Source: Tubulanus polymorphus
Lineage: Eukaryota > Animalia > Nemertea
Direction: 5' to 3'
DNA length: 64,000 nt
Assembly (NCBI RefSeq): GCF_964204645.1
Contig: NC_134025.1
Span: 8,432,001-8,496,000 of the forward strand
In this document: piece after piece, positions 30,501-42,451 of the stretch
Numbering within the stretch: position 1 is the stretch's first letter
Layout of the letters: each line of letters begins with the position of its first letter
Position numbers and translations under genes: made by a program
Notes under the pieces: model-generated
What the model was told of the DNA's origin: nothing
What the model saw: only the letters and a program-made list of their open reading frames with translations
The model's database searches: none

Positions 30501-33500
30501 CGACAGAGACTAGCAAAGACATAAAGATCATTGACTTTGGTCTTTCTGAACGAGTTGATCCTGAAAAGAAGATTCGTGTCTTGTTTGGTACTGCTGATTT
30601 TGTCGCACCGGAAATTGTCAAATATGAACAAGTTGGCCTTGCGACTGATATGTGGAGTATTGGTGTCATCGCATACGTTCTGTAAGTATTTCACTGTAAA
30701 TTTCTTTTTTCAATTGTCACAATGCAGATCTGATTTTATTTTCTTTTATTTCATTCATTTTAGATTGACTGGACTTTCGCCATTTGGTGGAGAAGATGAT
30801 AAGGAAACATTTGAAAATGTGATCAATGTAGACTATAGTTTTGATGACGAGGCATGGGATCGAATATCCGATGAAGCTAAAGACTTCATTTCCAAATTAC
30901 TTATTAAGGAAAAGAGGTAATTCATAAGCCAATTGAATAGAGGTATTTAGGTCGGCAAGAAATTAACAAATATTTGTTTCTTTTTTTCAGGAAACGCATG
31001 CCAATCAAAGAGGCGTTAGCTCACCCTTGGTTAAATGTAAGTGGACTCCTTCTATTAAGTCTCAATGTAAACCTCAAATCTTTTTTATGTCCCGCATACA
31101 TGTTAATAACTATTTGTGTGTACAATAATCCAAAATTATGGTTGAAAATTAAATACTTTGTTGAGTGTGCTTATTATTATTGCTTTCCGCTTTCCATTCT
31201 AAATTTAAATCAACTTCCTTATTAGAATATTACTATTGATTTTTCGCTCATTTAACTACTGGGTAGAATCACCGGGTAGTATCACTGTAGTATTATGCTC
31301 ATCAATTAGAATTTGGAGTGATTTCGTATCTGCTTACATATGCTGGCTGTGTCCATGTTCTAGATAATCTGAAAACAACTGACGATAAATTTGGTTTTGT
31401 TTTGACAAACTGGCCAGTTTATCGTCATGTTGTGGTTGATTTGCTTTTGTCTAATGTTTCTAACATTTTGTCTGTCGTATCTTTTGCTTTATCAGCCAAA
31501 ACCAAGAAGGAAACCAACTGTAGAGGTATGTAGTGCTTGTAGAAGCATATCGCTTTGTTATTGATTTGTTGCTTTTGTCCAAATCAAGTTATTGTTCTTT
31601 AAGTAAATGAATACTGTATATATCCTTATACATTTTGTTTATTAGTGTATTCACAATTTTAATGAAATGTACTGGTTTTCACATTGTATATTCATCTTTG
31701 AGCCTTTATATATACACTTTCACAGTTTCTCTGTAAATGACTTTTGAGATTGTATCATATATCGTTCAGCTTAGATATCATATATTTTATGTAAACTTTT
31801 ATTAAGATATTTATCTAGCATAAAAAACATCTAATCACAGTCAATTGCATGCCACATTCAGAAGAAGTTTGAATTTTCAAATTGTTCCTATATTGCTGCA
31901 TATTTTGTTTTAATTATATGTAGCCAATCAAATTTGAAAATATTTACTATTGAAATGGAATCAATGTTTTCATATCTAAATCCGATATTGATGTATTTGT
32001 TGTATTTTAGGGATCAACTGAATTAAAACTTACAAGGAAAAAGTTGGCTACAACCAATCATGAACTAATGCTTACTAAAAGGAGATATCAGGTAGGTTTC
32101 TTTGGTATACTTTGATAAACCTATAAGATTTTGCTGTACTCCACATACCACATATAAATATACCTTTTCATTTGCATTGTTAATCATGCAAATTTTCTTA
32201 CAAATAGCCTCAAGCTGAACAAATCCTTGGAATTGGTCGTCTAGCTGAAATCAGCCCAATCTTCCGAAAGGTTGGTCAGGAAGGTGTTTTTGAGAGAACA
32301 CTGACAATGGGTGAGTTTACAATGATAATTGGACATGAATTTGATCGATTGATACGCTAATAATCTATACATTATCCTTCTTAAATCAATTTTCTAGAAT
32401 TGGCTGATTCTGAACCAATCATATTAAAAGAGCTGAGTGATGTTGATGCATATGAAGGCACATGTGCAAGATTCAGATGTGTTGTTCAAGCTCAGCCTCC
32501 TCCAGATATTCACTGGTATGATAAAACACAATTTATTTCCTTTTTTTTATTCCAATAAGCTCCTTACTGTTTTTGTGCGTATCATCAGAAAGTGACCTGT
32601 ATGTATGTTCTGTTAACAGGTACAAGGATGATCTTGTTCTGACACCAGGAGATCGATACACCATGACGTACAAAGATGGACGTGCTACACTTGACATCGA
32701 TGATCTACAGCCTGAAGATTGTGGAATGTACATCTGTGAAGTTAGAAATGACCTAGGTGCCATCAGCACTTCTGCTGAACTTGAAGTCATTGGTAACTAG
32801 AAAAGAAAAATTAATTGCTGCTATGGTGTTTAAAGGGAATCATCACTTATTTACTCATTTATATTTTTAAGGTACTGGTCGTCGACTGAAGAGACGACTT
32901 TCACTGACTGAAGTGTCACGTGTGCCTAAACCAGTGGAATTTGAAACTGCCAAGGATGTGGATAATGTACCACCTAAAGTCCGTCTTCCACTTATGGACA
33001 CTACTGTCAAGGCTGAGGAAGACTTCCTCTTTACAGTTACTGGTAAGTGGCATTACATATCATATCATAAATGTCCACCAATACCAGTATACATTATTAA
33101 CTTTTTGTTTGTAATAGTTACAAGTCGACCAGAAGCAGAAATAGTCTGGTATCACAACAATACCCGAATTGAGCCAAGTGACCACTTCATTCTGCATGAA
33201 GATTATGGAGGCATCTACCGCCTTGAAATACGTGACATTGATGAAAATGATGCTGGAGAATATAAGTTTGTAGCAGTCAATCCATACGGACAGACGACCT
33301 CCTCCTGTATCCTGACAGTCGTTGCTAGACTCCCACCTGACTATGAACCACCATTCTTTGTCATGGACCTCCATGATACAAAGATTGTCGAAGGAAGCGC
33401 AGTAAGATTTGATGTCAAATTTGAAGGTCATCCTGAACCAGATATCAGATGGTAAGCTATTGTGCGATTTTTTGTCAGATTTTTTCAAATTTTCTTCCTG

Positions 33501-36500
33501 GAATTAAGAAGATACATTACATGTAATATGATGAGAAGCATAATGGAAATGTTGATAAAAATTTCAGGTACAAGGACAGGAAAGAAATATACCATGGATT
33601 ACATTATCGCATCCTACAGGAAGATGATGTCACAGTCTCACTCATAATCCTTGAATGTTTCCCTGAAGATGGTGGTGCTTACATGTGTCGAGCGGTCAAT
33701 GCGGCAGGAACAGCGGAAACTGAAGCTGATCTACATGTTATCAGTAAGTAATTCTTTCAACCTAATTTTGTGTACTGACTGGTATTTGAGGTGGTTTTTG
33801 TGATAAGAAAAACATCTTTTATATTTACTGCTACCATCCTTCAGCAGGGTCATGTACTTTGTTCTGTCTCCAATCTTTTGCCACGTATGTGTCTAAGAAT
33901 TGGTTACTTTTGATAATCATGCATAATCAAAACAAAGACTGCGAGCTATAAGTTACTTCATTTACCTACTTTCTACATCTGAAGATGTTTTCCTTATGTA
34001 TAAAGTACTCAGAATAGAAATATGATCGTTGTATCAAGATAGATCACTTCCACCTGTAGAATCTGGCTGTGTTGTGTTAGTGCTATTTTCTCGCTGGGAG
34101 TTGAAGGAGAGTGGATAACTGTTTTGTCGATAGCATTTCTTAGCGCACAGCTATCATCAGGTTTGCTTCTGTTTCGAATTTTGGCTAGTTTTTTTTCGTG
34201 AAGAAAAATCAACATATATATTGAGGATTTCTTCTCACTTACTTGATAAACTCTTGCCAAGATGAAGGAAATATTATTAAAGGATCTAGAAACCGAGGGT
34301 AAGGGTTTTTCAGAAAATGTTTCATCATTTTGATTATTGGATTATACGTGTAATTTACTCGTGTAGTACCAATGGATTTATGTGCTAGAATAATCTTATT
34401 GGATGAGAAATTGTTAAAGCATGGTAAGCAAAAGGTTTTTGTATAAGGGTCACTTTTCCAAAATATCTGTTCAACAAGAGTATTGTTGTGATTTTACAGG
34501 GTTGAGATTTGCTCGATCACCGACTCCAGATTATTTCCCTCATCCACTACCAGAACCTATGCCTGAACCAGAGAAGCTCATTAAGCTGAATCGTGCTCCC
34601 GAGTTTACAGTTCGTCTGCGGACTAAAGTCATAGATGAGGGTATGGATATAAAACTTTTATGCTGTGTAGTGGGACGCCCTGAACCAGTTACAAAATGGT
34701 ACAAGGACGGATTAGAAATAGTAGATACTGAAAGAGGTGAAATAAGGGTGAGTTTTCTTCCTTCTTTATGTTCTGAAACTAGTTTACTGTTACTGGAATA
34801 CAGCCAGCAAGAGGACCATCTTTCTCACGGTTAAAAATTCTGTTTTATTTTCCTATTTTTAACCTGAATATCTGAGGCATTCCTTCAACATCTGTACTGT
34901 ATTGTAAACACGTAAAGGTTTATATTTTTCATGTATACTTAACTTAAAGTTTTATTTTTATCCTAGCCTGTTATGATAAAGTTTACTCCAAGCCATATTA
35001 TTACTCCAAGCTGCCAGGTTAAAAGATACTTAGAGTTTGAGAAAATTATTTTTTCTTTCAGAACCAGTATGGTTTATGCACCATTGATATACACAACGCA
35101 TCAAAGGAAGATGCAGGCAAATATACATGTATAGCACGCAACTCAGAGGGAGAAATATCTACCAATATGATTCTGGAAATTAGAGGTTAGTCGACTGGTC
35201 ACATGAAAATGTCTCTATTCTTACTCGATAATAAATCATCTTCATCTTAGAAATGAGTCACTCTATCAAATACCTCAATGTGGTATAGGATTAATGCCAG
35301 TCATGATAAGTTTCCTATTCATTTATTTATGCTATGAATTGTAGAAGTAGAAGATTTCTACGCTCCCACTAGTGACTTTGTCAAACCACAGTTCATCAGA
35401 CCAATATTCAATGCTGTTGCACAACAAGGTTCGAAGGCTGTATTTGACTGCCTGGCAACAGGAAGCCCAATGCCTGATTTTAAATGGTGAGTTATTCCAC
35501 ATCTGACATATAACTGATCAACAATTTTCTATATGCGATGTAAGTGTGATTTTCATTCTTTTTTAATGTTATTCTCATAGGCAAAAGGATTCTGCTGATC
35601 TCTTTGAAACTGAAAAATACAAGTTCATCATTGATGGAAAGGGTAATGCTAAACTGGTCATCCGCAATGTTACAAAGAGAGATGAAGCCCTTTACTCAGT
35701 AGTTGCATATAACAGTATTGGTCGATCCAAAATGGCAGCAACATTGAGAGTTATTGGTATGTTTGATAATATTTTCATGAAATTAAAGATAACAATTAAA
35801 GAATTTTCCTCAAGATTTTGAAATTTACATGTACCGATATTTGAAATTTTTCAGAAAAAGCCTCCTCTCCTGTAGACAGTGGATCCTCATCTAGCAGAGA
35901 TGGCTCTGGTTCTCCAAGGGTGTCATCCGGATCAAGATCTCCTGATAAAGTTCTGAGAGACTTAACACCTCCAATGGATGGTCGCTGGCCTGTTTTCCTG
36001 CGTGAACTTCCAGACAAAATTGAACTTGAAGAAGGAGATATGCTTAGTTTGACTTGTGCTCTCAGTGGTGACCCACGTCCAATAGTAACCTGGTACAAAG
36101 GTGTCCGTGAACTGCAGTACAGCAGTCGTCATCGTATAACATCAGATGGATTTACACACTTCACGCTGGAGATTCCATCAGTTTTGATAACCGATCATGG
36201 TAGATTCCGCTGTCAGATCAAAAATAGCTTTGGCCAAGAATCCTCAGCGTGTCTGGTGACAGTTCGGGGCAGAGATGGAAAGATTTCGGCTCGGTAAGTA
36301 CATAGGCCTATACCAAATAATCTCAGTTGTATTTCGAAATTCATTTGACGATAAAAACTATGAATTTATTCTCATAGCACACACCACACATTTGATGACA
36401 GCGATGATGATGTGGAATTTGAGCATCGATATGAGTCGTTCAGGCAGCAATCCAGGTCATCGAGTGGAGCTAAAGTAACTCGAGAGACATTTGAATACAC

Positions 36501-39500
36501 TAGTGAATCGTACTCATCTAAATCTACCAAGAAACGTGACACAGATCAGCAGGCATACCTCAGATTACCCGAACGATCAGATAGATTGTTGATTCAAACT
36601 GCCAGAGAAGATGAAGTTGGTAAGTTAGAATTTTTACTTTTAACATCTAGGCTTTCTGTACATTTTTCTGCAAACAGAATCCTCTCCTTCCTCTATCCTA
36701 CATTTGACAAATGTTCTCATAGTCTATGACACAGTTATGTTCCTTTCTTTACCTCAACCCTTGAGATACGTTTGATGTGCACCCTTTCACTGTGTGGTGA
36801 ATGTCTTCTTAGAAATCGTGTAAAATGAATCAAACACATCAATTTTCATAATCTTGCTGTAATTTTCAGAAGAAAAACCTGATCAAAGTAAGAAGTCATG
36901 TCGCATGTGTATCAGTCATAGTATTGAATTATAATTTCACTCACAGTAACAAAATAAACCGATTAAGTCACCGATAGCATAACTTAAGAGATTTCTATAC
37001 GATAAATGGTATATTAAATCCAATTAACCAATCAATTTAGTATCTTTAACCTTTATCACTTCACTTTTCTTTACTCTGACTGAATTTCATGTGATGAATT
37101 TTGCATAACAGGGCAATGCGTCGAGAAATCAAAATATTGTTTCGTTGAATTTTGCTATGTTTTGCAAAATTCAATTCATTTTTCGTGTTATGGTAATATT
37201 CTAACATCTTCTTATTTGTCTGTAGTTACATTATTCAACATTCTTAACACTAAAATCAGTGTATGGACAGGTAAAAACCTAACCCATGTATCAACAACCT
37301 ATTTCTCTACATCACGCTTAAATGCAGTACTATAAGGTCTTGAGCAATGCGTTTTTCAGCAGTTGTTATGTTTTGTTTAAATTTGAGCTCACCAATCAGT
37401 TGAAAATCTTTTATCACATTGCTTCAAGTTTTGATTCAGTCTGAGAGGTAGAATTTCACCTCAATTCACCATTTCTTATGATTGTTCAAAACTGTAGGTA
37501 TTTATTTCACTTTTGTTCCATTTGTCAATGAGTTTATAATTGTTGCTGCATTGTAGAATGCATACATCATTTTATACATGATTACCAATTACTTTTACAA
37601 TTATATACCATATGCAATATACTGATGGTACCGTATTCTCATTACAATTTTAGCGCCTTTCTTCATCAAAGAACTTCCTGATGTTGTTGAGTCACTGGCA
37701 GGTACATCTGTACGTATTGATTGCCGTGTCTGGGGACGACCGGAACCAGAGATCACCTGGAAGCGAAATGGAGATGAAGTTCCAATAGGACGACGATACA
37801 AAACTGAATTCCTTGATGATGACAAGGTAACACTTGTGATTAAGGGCGTAGAAGAAAAAGACAGCGGAAAATATACTGTCCATGTTAAGAATCGTGCAGG
37901 TCTTGTTGAATCAACTGCTGACCTTAGAGTTGGAAGTAAGTCGAAAGAAATTATGAAATTATCAACCATAGATTAAATGTACCAATAAATACATGTATTC
38001 TTCTTAACATCGTATTCTTTCATTATTTTTCTACCTTTCAAATTTTGATTCTAAAATGGCTATTTTTGTTAAGGTCTCGAGGAACTGAAAGAAGCAGAAC
38101 GTGAAGACAGCCCTACTTTAATCACTAAACAAGAAGAGGCAGCTGGAGAACGTGTTCCTGAATTTGCCCTCAAACTTAGACACAAAACAGTCAAGTTTGG
38201 AAGCAGGGCTAAACTGAATGCCCGAGTTGTCGGCTTACCCGAGCCAGAAGTTGTCTGGTCTAAAGATGGGCAAGAGATTTTAAATGAAGGTTTGTAAATG
38301 TATTTCAATGTCTGATCAAGTTTTTTGAAGTTCAAGCACTAGCCACGAAAAATAATTGATTAATGAATTCACTTCAGGTCGTTTTGATATCTTCTGTGAG
38401 AAAGGAGTACATAATTTGGAGATTCAGGATGTTAACTTGCAAGATGCTGGTCTTTATTCCTTGAAAGCCAAAAACGAGCACGGTGCTGCATACAGCCAAT
38501 GTGAATTAGCAGTTGAAGGTGTGTATATAAGATACATACTATAGCATGATGAATTATGATTTGATCCTGATGCTATGATACACTTCTGCTTTTAGAAACT
38601 ATATACCGGTAAATAAATAATGAAAATGGCATTATGTTTATTTCTTAGGGCTTAAATAAGTATTTTAATGCCTGGTTTTAAGCATAGATAAGATCTAGTA
38701 TGGCTTTCTTTAGCGTTCTTGTCTCATTAGTAAATCAGTAGTCAATTAAAAACTCACATTCCTATATTTTTTCCCGCTTACAGAGTTTAAAAAGGGTAAG
38801 TTCTATTTGAAAAGATTCTAATTGTTGTCATCCATTTACCTTTTCCTTTCTTATATGTATGTTGTAGCCTATGTATTTGTAGATTTGAAATTCAGCTATG
38901 TGCGTCTTTTAATTTTCTCTTGTCCATCTTTTCATTTTTTGTCTAGCAATGCTGCTGTGATTGTTTGTTTTTTCAATAGTTAGATATGAATATTAGGATA
39001 TTTCTTAAAGAGAAATTAGAGAAATTTCATGTTTGAATTTGTCTTTTCATGCATATTTGTCTTCCAGTAGAATAGTGTACCATCATAGCAATTATTTTTC
39101 ATCAATTATTTGATATAAAGACCTCAGTTTTTGTTTTTTGTTGAACAATCGTGAAAACTATATACTGTATCATATTTATAGAAGATGAACACGCTGCACA
39201 GGAAGCACCCTCATTCACCACTGTGATGCAAGATTTAACTATAGCTGATGGTGACACAGCCAGATTTGACTGCAGTATTAAAGGGTCCCCTGAACCTGAA
39301 ATATCATGGTTAGTAAAAAACTCCACATTTGTTAAAATCTCGCCTCCCATATTCTTGGTTTTATATTTTCCGTTTTGAACATTTCAGGATGCATAATGGC
39401 AGACGCTTGCTTCCATCTCGCCGAGTAAGGGTGATGGAGGAGAATGGTCTCTACACTCTAATCATCACTGGAGCTAGCTTCCAGGATGAAGGAAAATACA

Positions 39501-42451
39501 CATGTTCTGCTCGAAACTCTGCTGGCCATCAAGAGTGTTCTGCAACTTTGAAAATCATGAGTGGTCGAAAAGAAGAGCAACCACACTTGATTATCAAATC
39601 TGATGAAATCATTGAAATAGAAAAACCTGAGTAAGCATAACATTAATTTCATTTTGCCAATATTGTTTGATTTTATGCGATTATGCTACGGCATTTTTAT
39701 AATGAATTTCAGATCCGATAAAAAGAAATTCCCTCCACGCTTTATCAAACCTCTGGAGCCAATGGAAGTAACTGTTGGGGATAGTGTCCGTATGACTTGT
39801 AATGTACATGGATATCCCCTACCTACAATATTTTGGCTCAAAGACGGATCAAAGGTATGAAAAAATATTTTTTCTTTTCACAAAAAATAATTTCATGACA
39901 AAATGTGTAATAGACAGGTAATAACATCACTCGAATTGTTATGAGTTTGAGCCATCATTTTGATGATGAAATAATCCACCTTAACAAATTCTTTCAATTG
40001 ATATTTAATATGTTCATTCAGTTTAAACTGTTCAAGCAAAATGATAGCCACAGGGTGAACATTTCTCTACAACATGCAAGTTATGACAGGTTTTAGACAT
40101 TTGAGCTAGGAATTTTATTAAATGTCTTGTCCAGTTATTCATCGAAGAACTGATATTTGATTTCTTTAGATTTATGCTGTTTTAATTTAAATGGTAGGAT
40201 TAAGTACAATACTCTTTTATTAGAATTTTAAGTGGCTCATAACACGAATGTAATAAATTAGATATGAATATAAGGTGTTATTCATTTCCCGTTTAATAAA
40301 TCGAGTTTCACCTGAAAAGAAATTAGTAGAGTTTGTTTAGATGTACTGGCTCGTAAGTAAAGTGACTGTGACGGGTCAACAAAATAAAGTCTGGTGTCTG
40401 TCACTGAGTTCAGAATAAACAAGCAAAACGGCACAGAACAATATAGAATATTTGACGGTCAACTTACAGACTTATGTCTAGTGTTAGGACTAATACTATG
40501 AATTATTCAATCATGTATCGTTGATTTGTTTACGTATATATGATTTAATTATGATGTTTTGACATTGTTCATCTGCTGGTTGATCTCTTTCTACTGGCTT
40601 ATTGTAAGTATCTGAAATTGGTACCTGATAAAAGTTGTTATAAACGAATTATGCGCTGAAATACATTTGGATCGTACAATGACATCTTTCTTGAACTTGC
40701 AGCAATTTTAATATTCTCCCATAGCATAGGGTGATATAGTTTACACAGAATTTATGGCACAATTGTAAATAGCTAAATGCTTAATAATAGCTGATTGATA
40801 ATTATCATATTCAGGCGAATTTTATTTACGCTCGGAATAAGAGTTCATGTAGAAGGTATGAGAACCAAGGATTGTATAGGGGATAGGTGCTGTGTACTTG
40901 AAAACGTGTTTCTGAATTAACTAAATACACTGTGCGGAGTGTTGGTACCTTGGATTATGATTTTTCACATAAGTAATGACTTTCAGTGTGGACATTGATA
41001 AGTTAAGGTGAATATGATGCTATCAAAATCTGAATGATTGTTTATAATCAAATGTTTTGTAAATCATAGTATCAATAATCAACAAAAAAAAACTACAAAT
41101 GTGTACTAAATATAAGACTTAGAATAATGACTAATCCTCATTGAGGGATGAAGTACTTGTTCAAGTACGAGTTATATTAATGGTAATAAAAATATTTCTC
41201 TTGTCCAAGTGTTTCCTTAGTCATTCAATAGATCCTTAATTCGTACCCAAACATTATAAAGGAAAAGTCTAAAAAGCTTAAAACCTGTTCTATTATCACG
41301 ATTCCCTTGGTCCCTTATGAGTCAAACTAATGGCTAAGTTTGTTGACTGAACACAAAATAGCTATACCAAACCCAATGCTAGAGAATCTGGCTAATTTTG
41401 ACCTTTGCTGGATTTTCATAGAAAGAGCATAGATATATAGTGTATTAACTATAGCCATGTAAATGTATGTGTTCTACACCACTATGAGTTTGAACAAATT
41501 TTTGCACTGATGATTTAGATTTTTGATATACTGGGGTAAAATGAAACTTAAACTATCATCTTAGAGAAGTTACATGATAGATGTAATTAGATAGATTACA
41601 TAGATATTTGATGCATATATAAGGATTTTGTTTATATTCTATACTGAAATGAATCCGTGGTCACCTGGACAATTTCTTGATTCTTGTTCCATATATTCAA
41701 ATATTTCTCTTAAAGTACATTTTTTTCAAGAGTTCATGTAACTTATGGGAATCATAAGGAAATAGCTCAAGTGACAGCACAAAAATGATGGGTGATTTAT
41801 GAATTACATTATTTACTTAAGTAACTAAACCAGATAAGAGTTTTGAGTGACAAGCTTTATTATGCATAATGTTGCAGTATGACTGTACCATAAAAATGTG
41901 TATCATAACCGTATTAGGTTATTGAGATTTTTTCTAGGTTGGTTATTCAAGCTAATGGTATTTTAATGGCTGATGATAATTAGTTTTTACCACCAGTCTT
42001 ACATGCTACTTTTTTAGAAGGTCATAAATCGTATAGGCAGTTTTCCCAATCTAAAGGTCCTTTCATTACCGGTAATTGCATCCCACAAGCAGGTATTCCC
42101 AAATCTAAAATTATTACTTCCGATAACTACGGTATATAAGATCAGTCCATCCTGTATTTGTTTATTTGTTTCGTTTTAACAGACATGCCTTCTGTGGTAA
42201 GACTAGAGCGGTTTTTAGAAAATGTGTGTGGTTATTGTAATTAGACATTAATTGAACAATCAAATCAAGTTGATTACAACTTTTGATATTTCAGATTGAT
42301 AAAAGTGATCGGGTGAGCCTTGCTCTTTCAAAAGATGGTCTGGCCAGTTTAGAAATAAGTGAAACCAAAAAGGAGGACACTGGTCATTATGCCTGTATAG
42401 CTAGTAATACTGAAGGAGAATCAACTGTTGCAGGAACACTGGAAGTTACAG
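50..42451 (+). CDS. Giant titin/twitchin-like muscle protein, 5'-partial and multi-exon: Fn3/Ig super-repeats, 16 Fn3, Ig-Ig-Fn3, kinase, 10 Ig
   Basis: Dozens of ~300-nt exons bounded by GT..AG, separated mostly by 70-200 nt introns and mostly phase 1 between domains. Translations show Fn3 motifs (P..P...W..P..DGG..I..Y.IE...W...L..G..Y.FRV.AEN..G) and I-set Ig motifs (P.F...C...G.P.P...W...D.G.Y). The frame is maintained exon to exon. No convincing terminal exon at 42451, so the CDS may continue to 59831. Confidence 0.93.
3657..7407 (+). repeat. 10-domain super-repeat copy 2
   Basis: One domain per exon: 3657-3959, 4048-4350, 4437-4724, 4812-5081, 5198-5485, 5607-5903, 5979-6281, 6366-6668, 6758-7045, 7132-7407. 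Position-specific motifs recur (RQGYSTRW, IEVPF..P.P...MTALTISRA, KDPW, VGDPP). Confidence 0.9.
7533..11313 (+). repeat. 10-domain super-repeat copy 3
   Basis: Same domain order and position-specific motifs (RSGYSSRW, IEIPFSACPMP..MTALTISRA, KDPW, VGDAP). Confidence 0.9.
11419..15226 (+). repeat. 10-domain super-repeat copy 4
   Basis: Same order. The last Ig shares an exon with the first Fn3 of copy 5. Confidence 0.88.
15227..19119 (+). repeat. 10-domain super-repeat copy 5
   Basis: Same order (RHGYTSRW, IEVPFAGSPKP..ETIYGMTALT, KDPW, VGDPP). Confidence 0.88.
19228..21252 (+). repeat. 5-domain half repeat (Fn3 x3, Ig x2)
   Basis: Three Fn3 exons, then an Ig beginning VGDAPVI split by a phase-2 intron at its Trp, then a second Ig ending at 21252. 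Confidence 0.85.
21334..27904 (+). repeat. Uninterrupted run of 16 Fn3 domains
   Basis: 13 single-Fn3 exons plus one 3-Fn3 exon (~24143-25060), with no Ig between. Many domains begin P..P.GP(L/I). Confidence 0.85.
29797..32310 (+). CDS. Kinase domain 1 (twitchin/titin-type CAMK) with C-terminal regulatory tail
   Basis: Exons 29797-29887, 29974-30174, 30261-30402, 30482-30681, 30764-30916, 30991-31036, 32011-32091, 32208-32310. These give LGKGAFGVVHR..AAKF..HEIDIMNDLHHPRL..HLDLKPEN..DFG..GTADFVAPE..DMWSIGVI..HPWL, then the tail ..KRRYQPQAEQILGIGRLAEIS. Preceded by Ig (28749-29033) and Ig+Fn3 (29109-29720). Confidence 0.95.
31496..31525 (+). CDS. Candidate 30-nt cassette microexon PKPRRKPTVE between kinase-1 core and its tail
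   Basis: Acceptor cttttgctttatcag and donor gag|gtatgt. Phase 0-0, matching the flanking exons, inside an unusually long intron. Confidence 0.7.
36870..36887 (+). CDS. Candidate 18-nt microexon (EEKPDQ)
   Basis: aattttcag|aagaaaaacctgatcaaa|gtaaga. Phase 1-1, matching flanking exons ending 36619 and starting 37654. Confidence 0.6.
38784..38795 (+). CDS. Candidate 12-nt microexon (EFKK)
   Basis: ttttttcccgcttacag|agtttaaaaagg|gtaagt. Phase 1-1 with strong splice sites. Confidence 0.65.

Noticed and set aside
40500-40609. gtaagt donor after an open hydrophobic stretch in the 2.4-kb intron
   Set aside because: No in-frame ATG or clear acceptor. A non-coding first exon cannot be shown.
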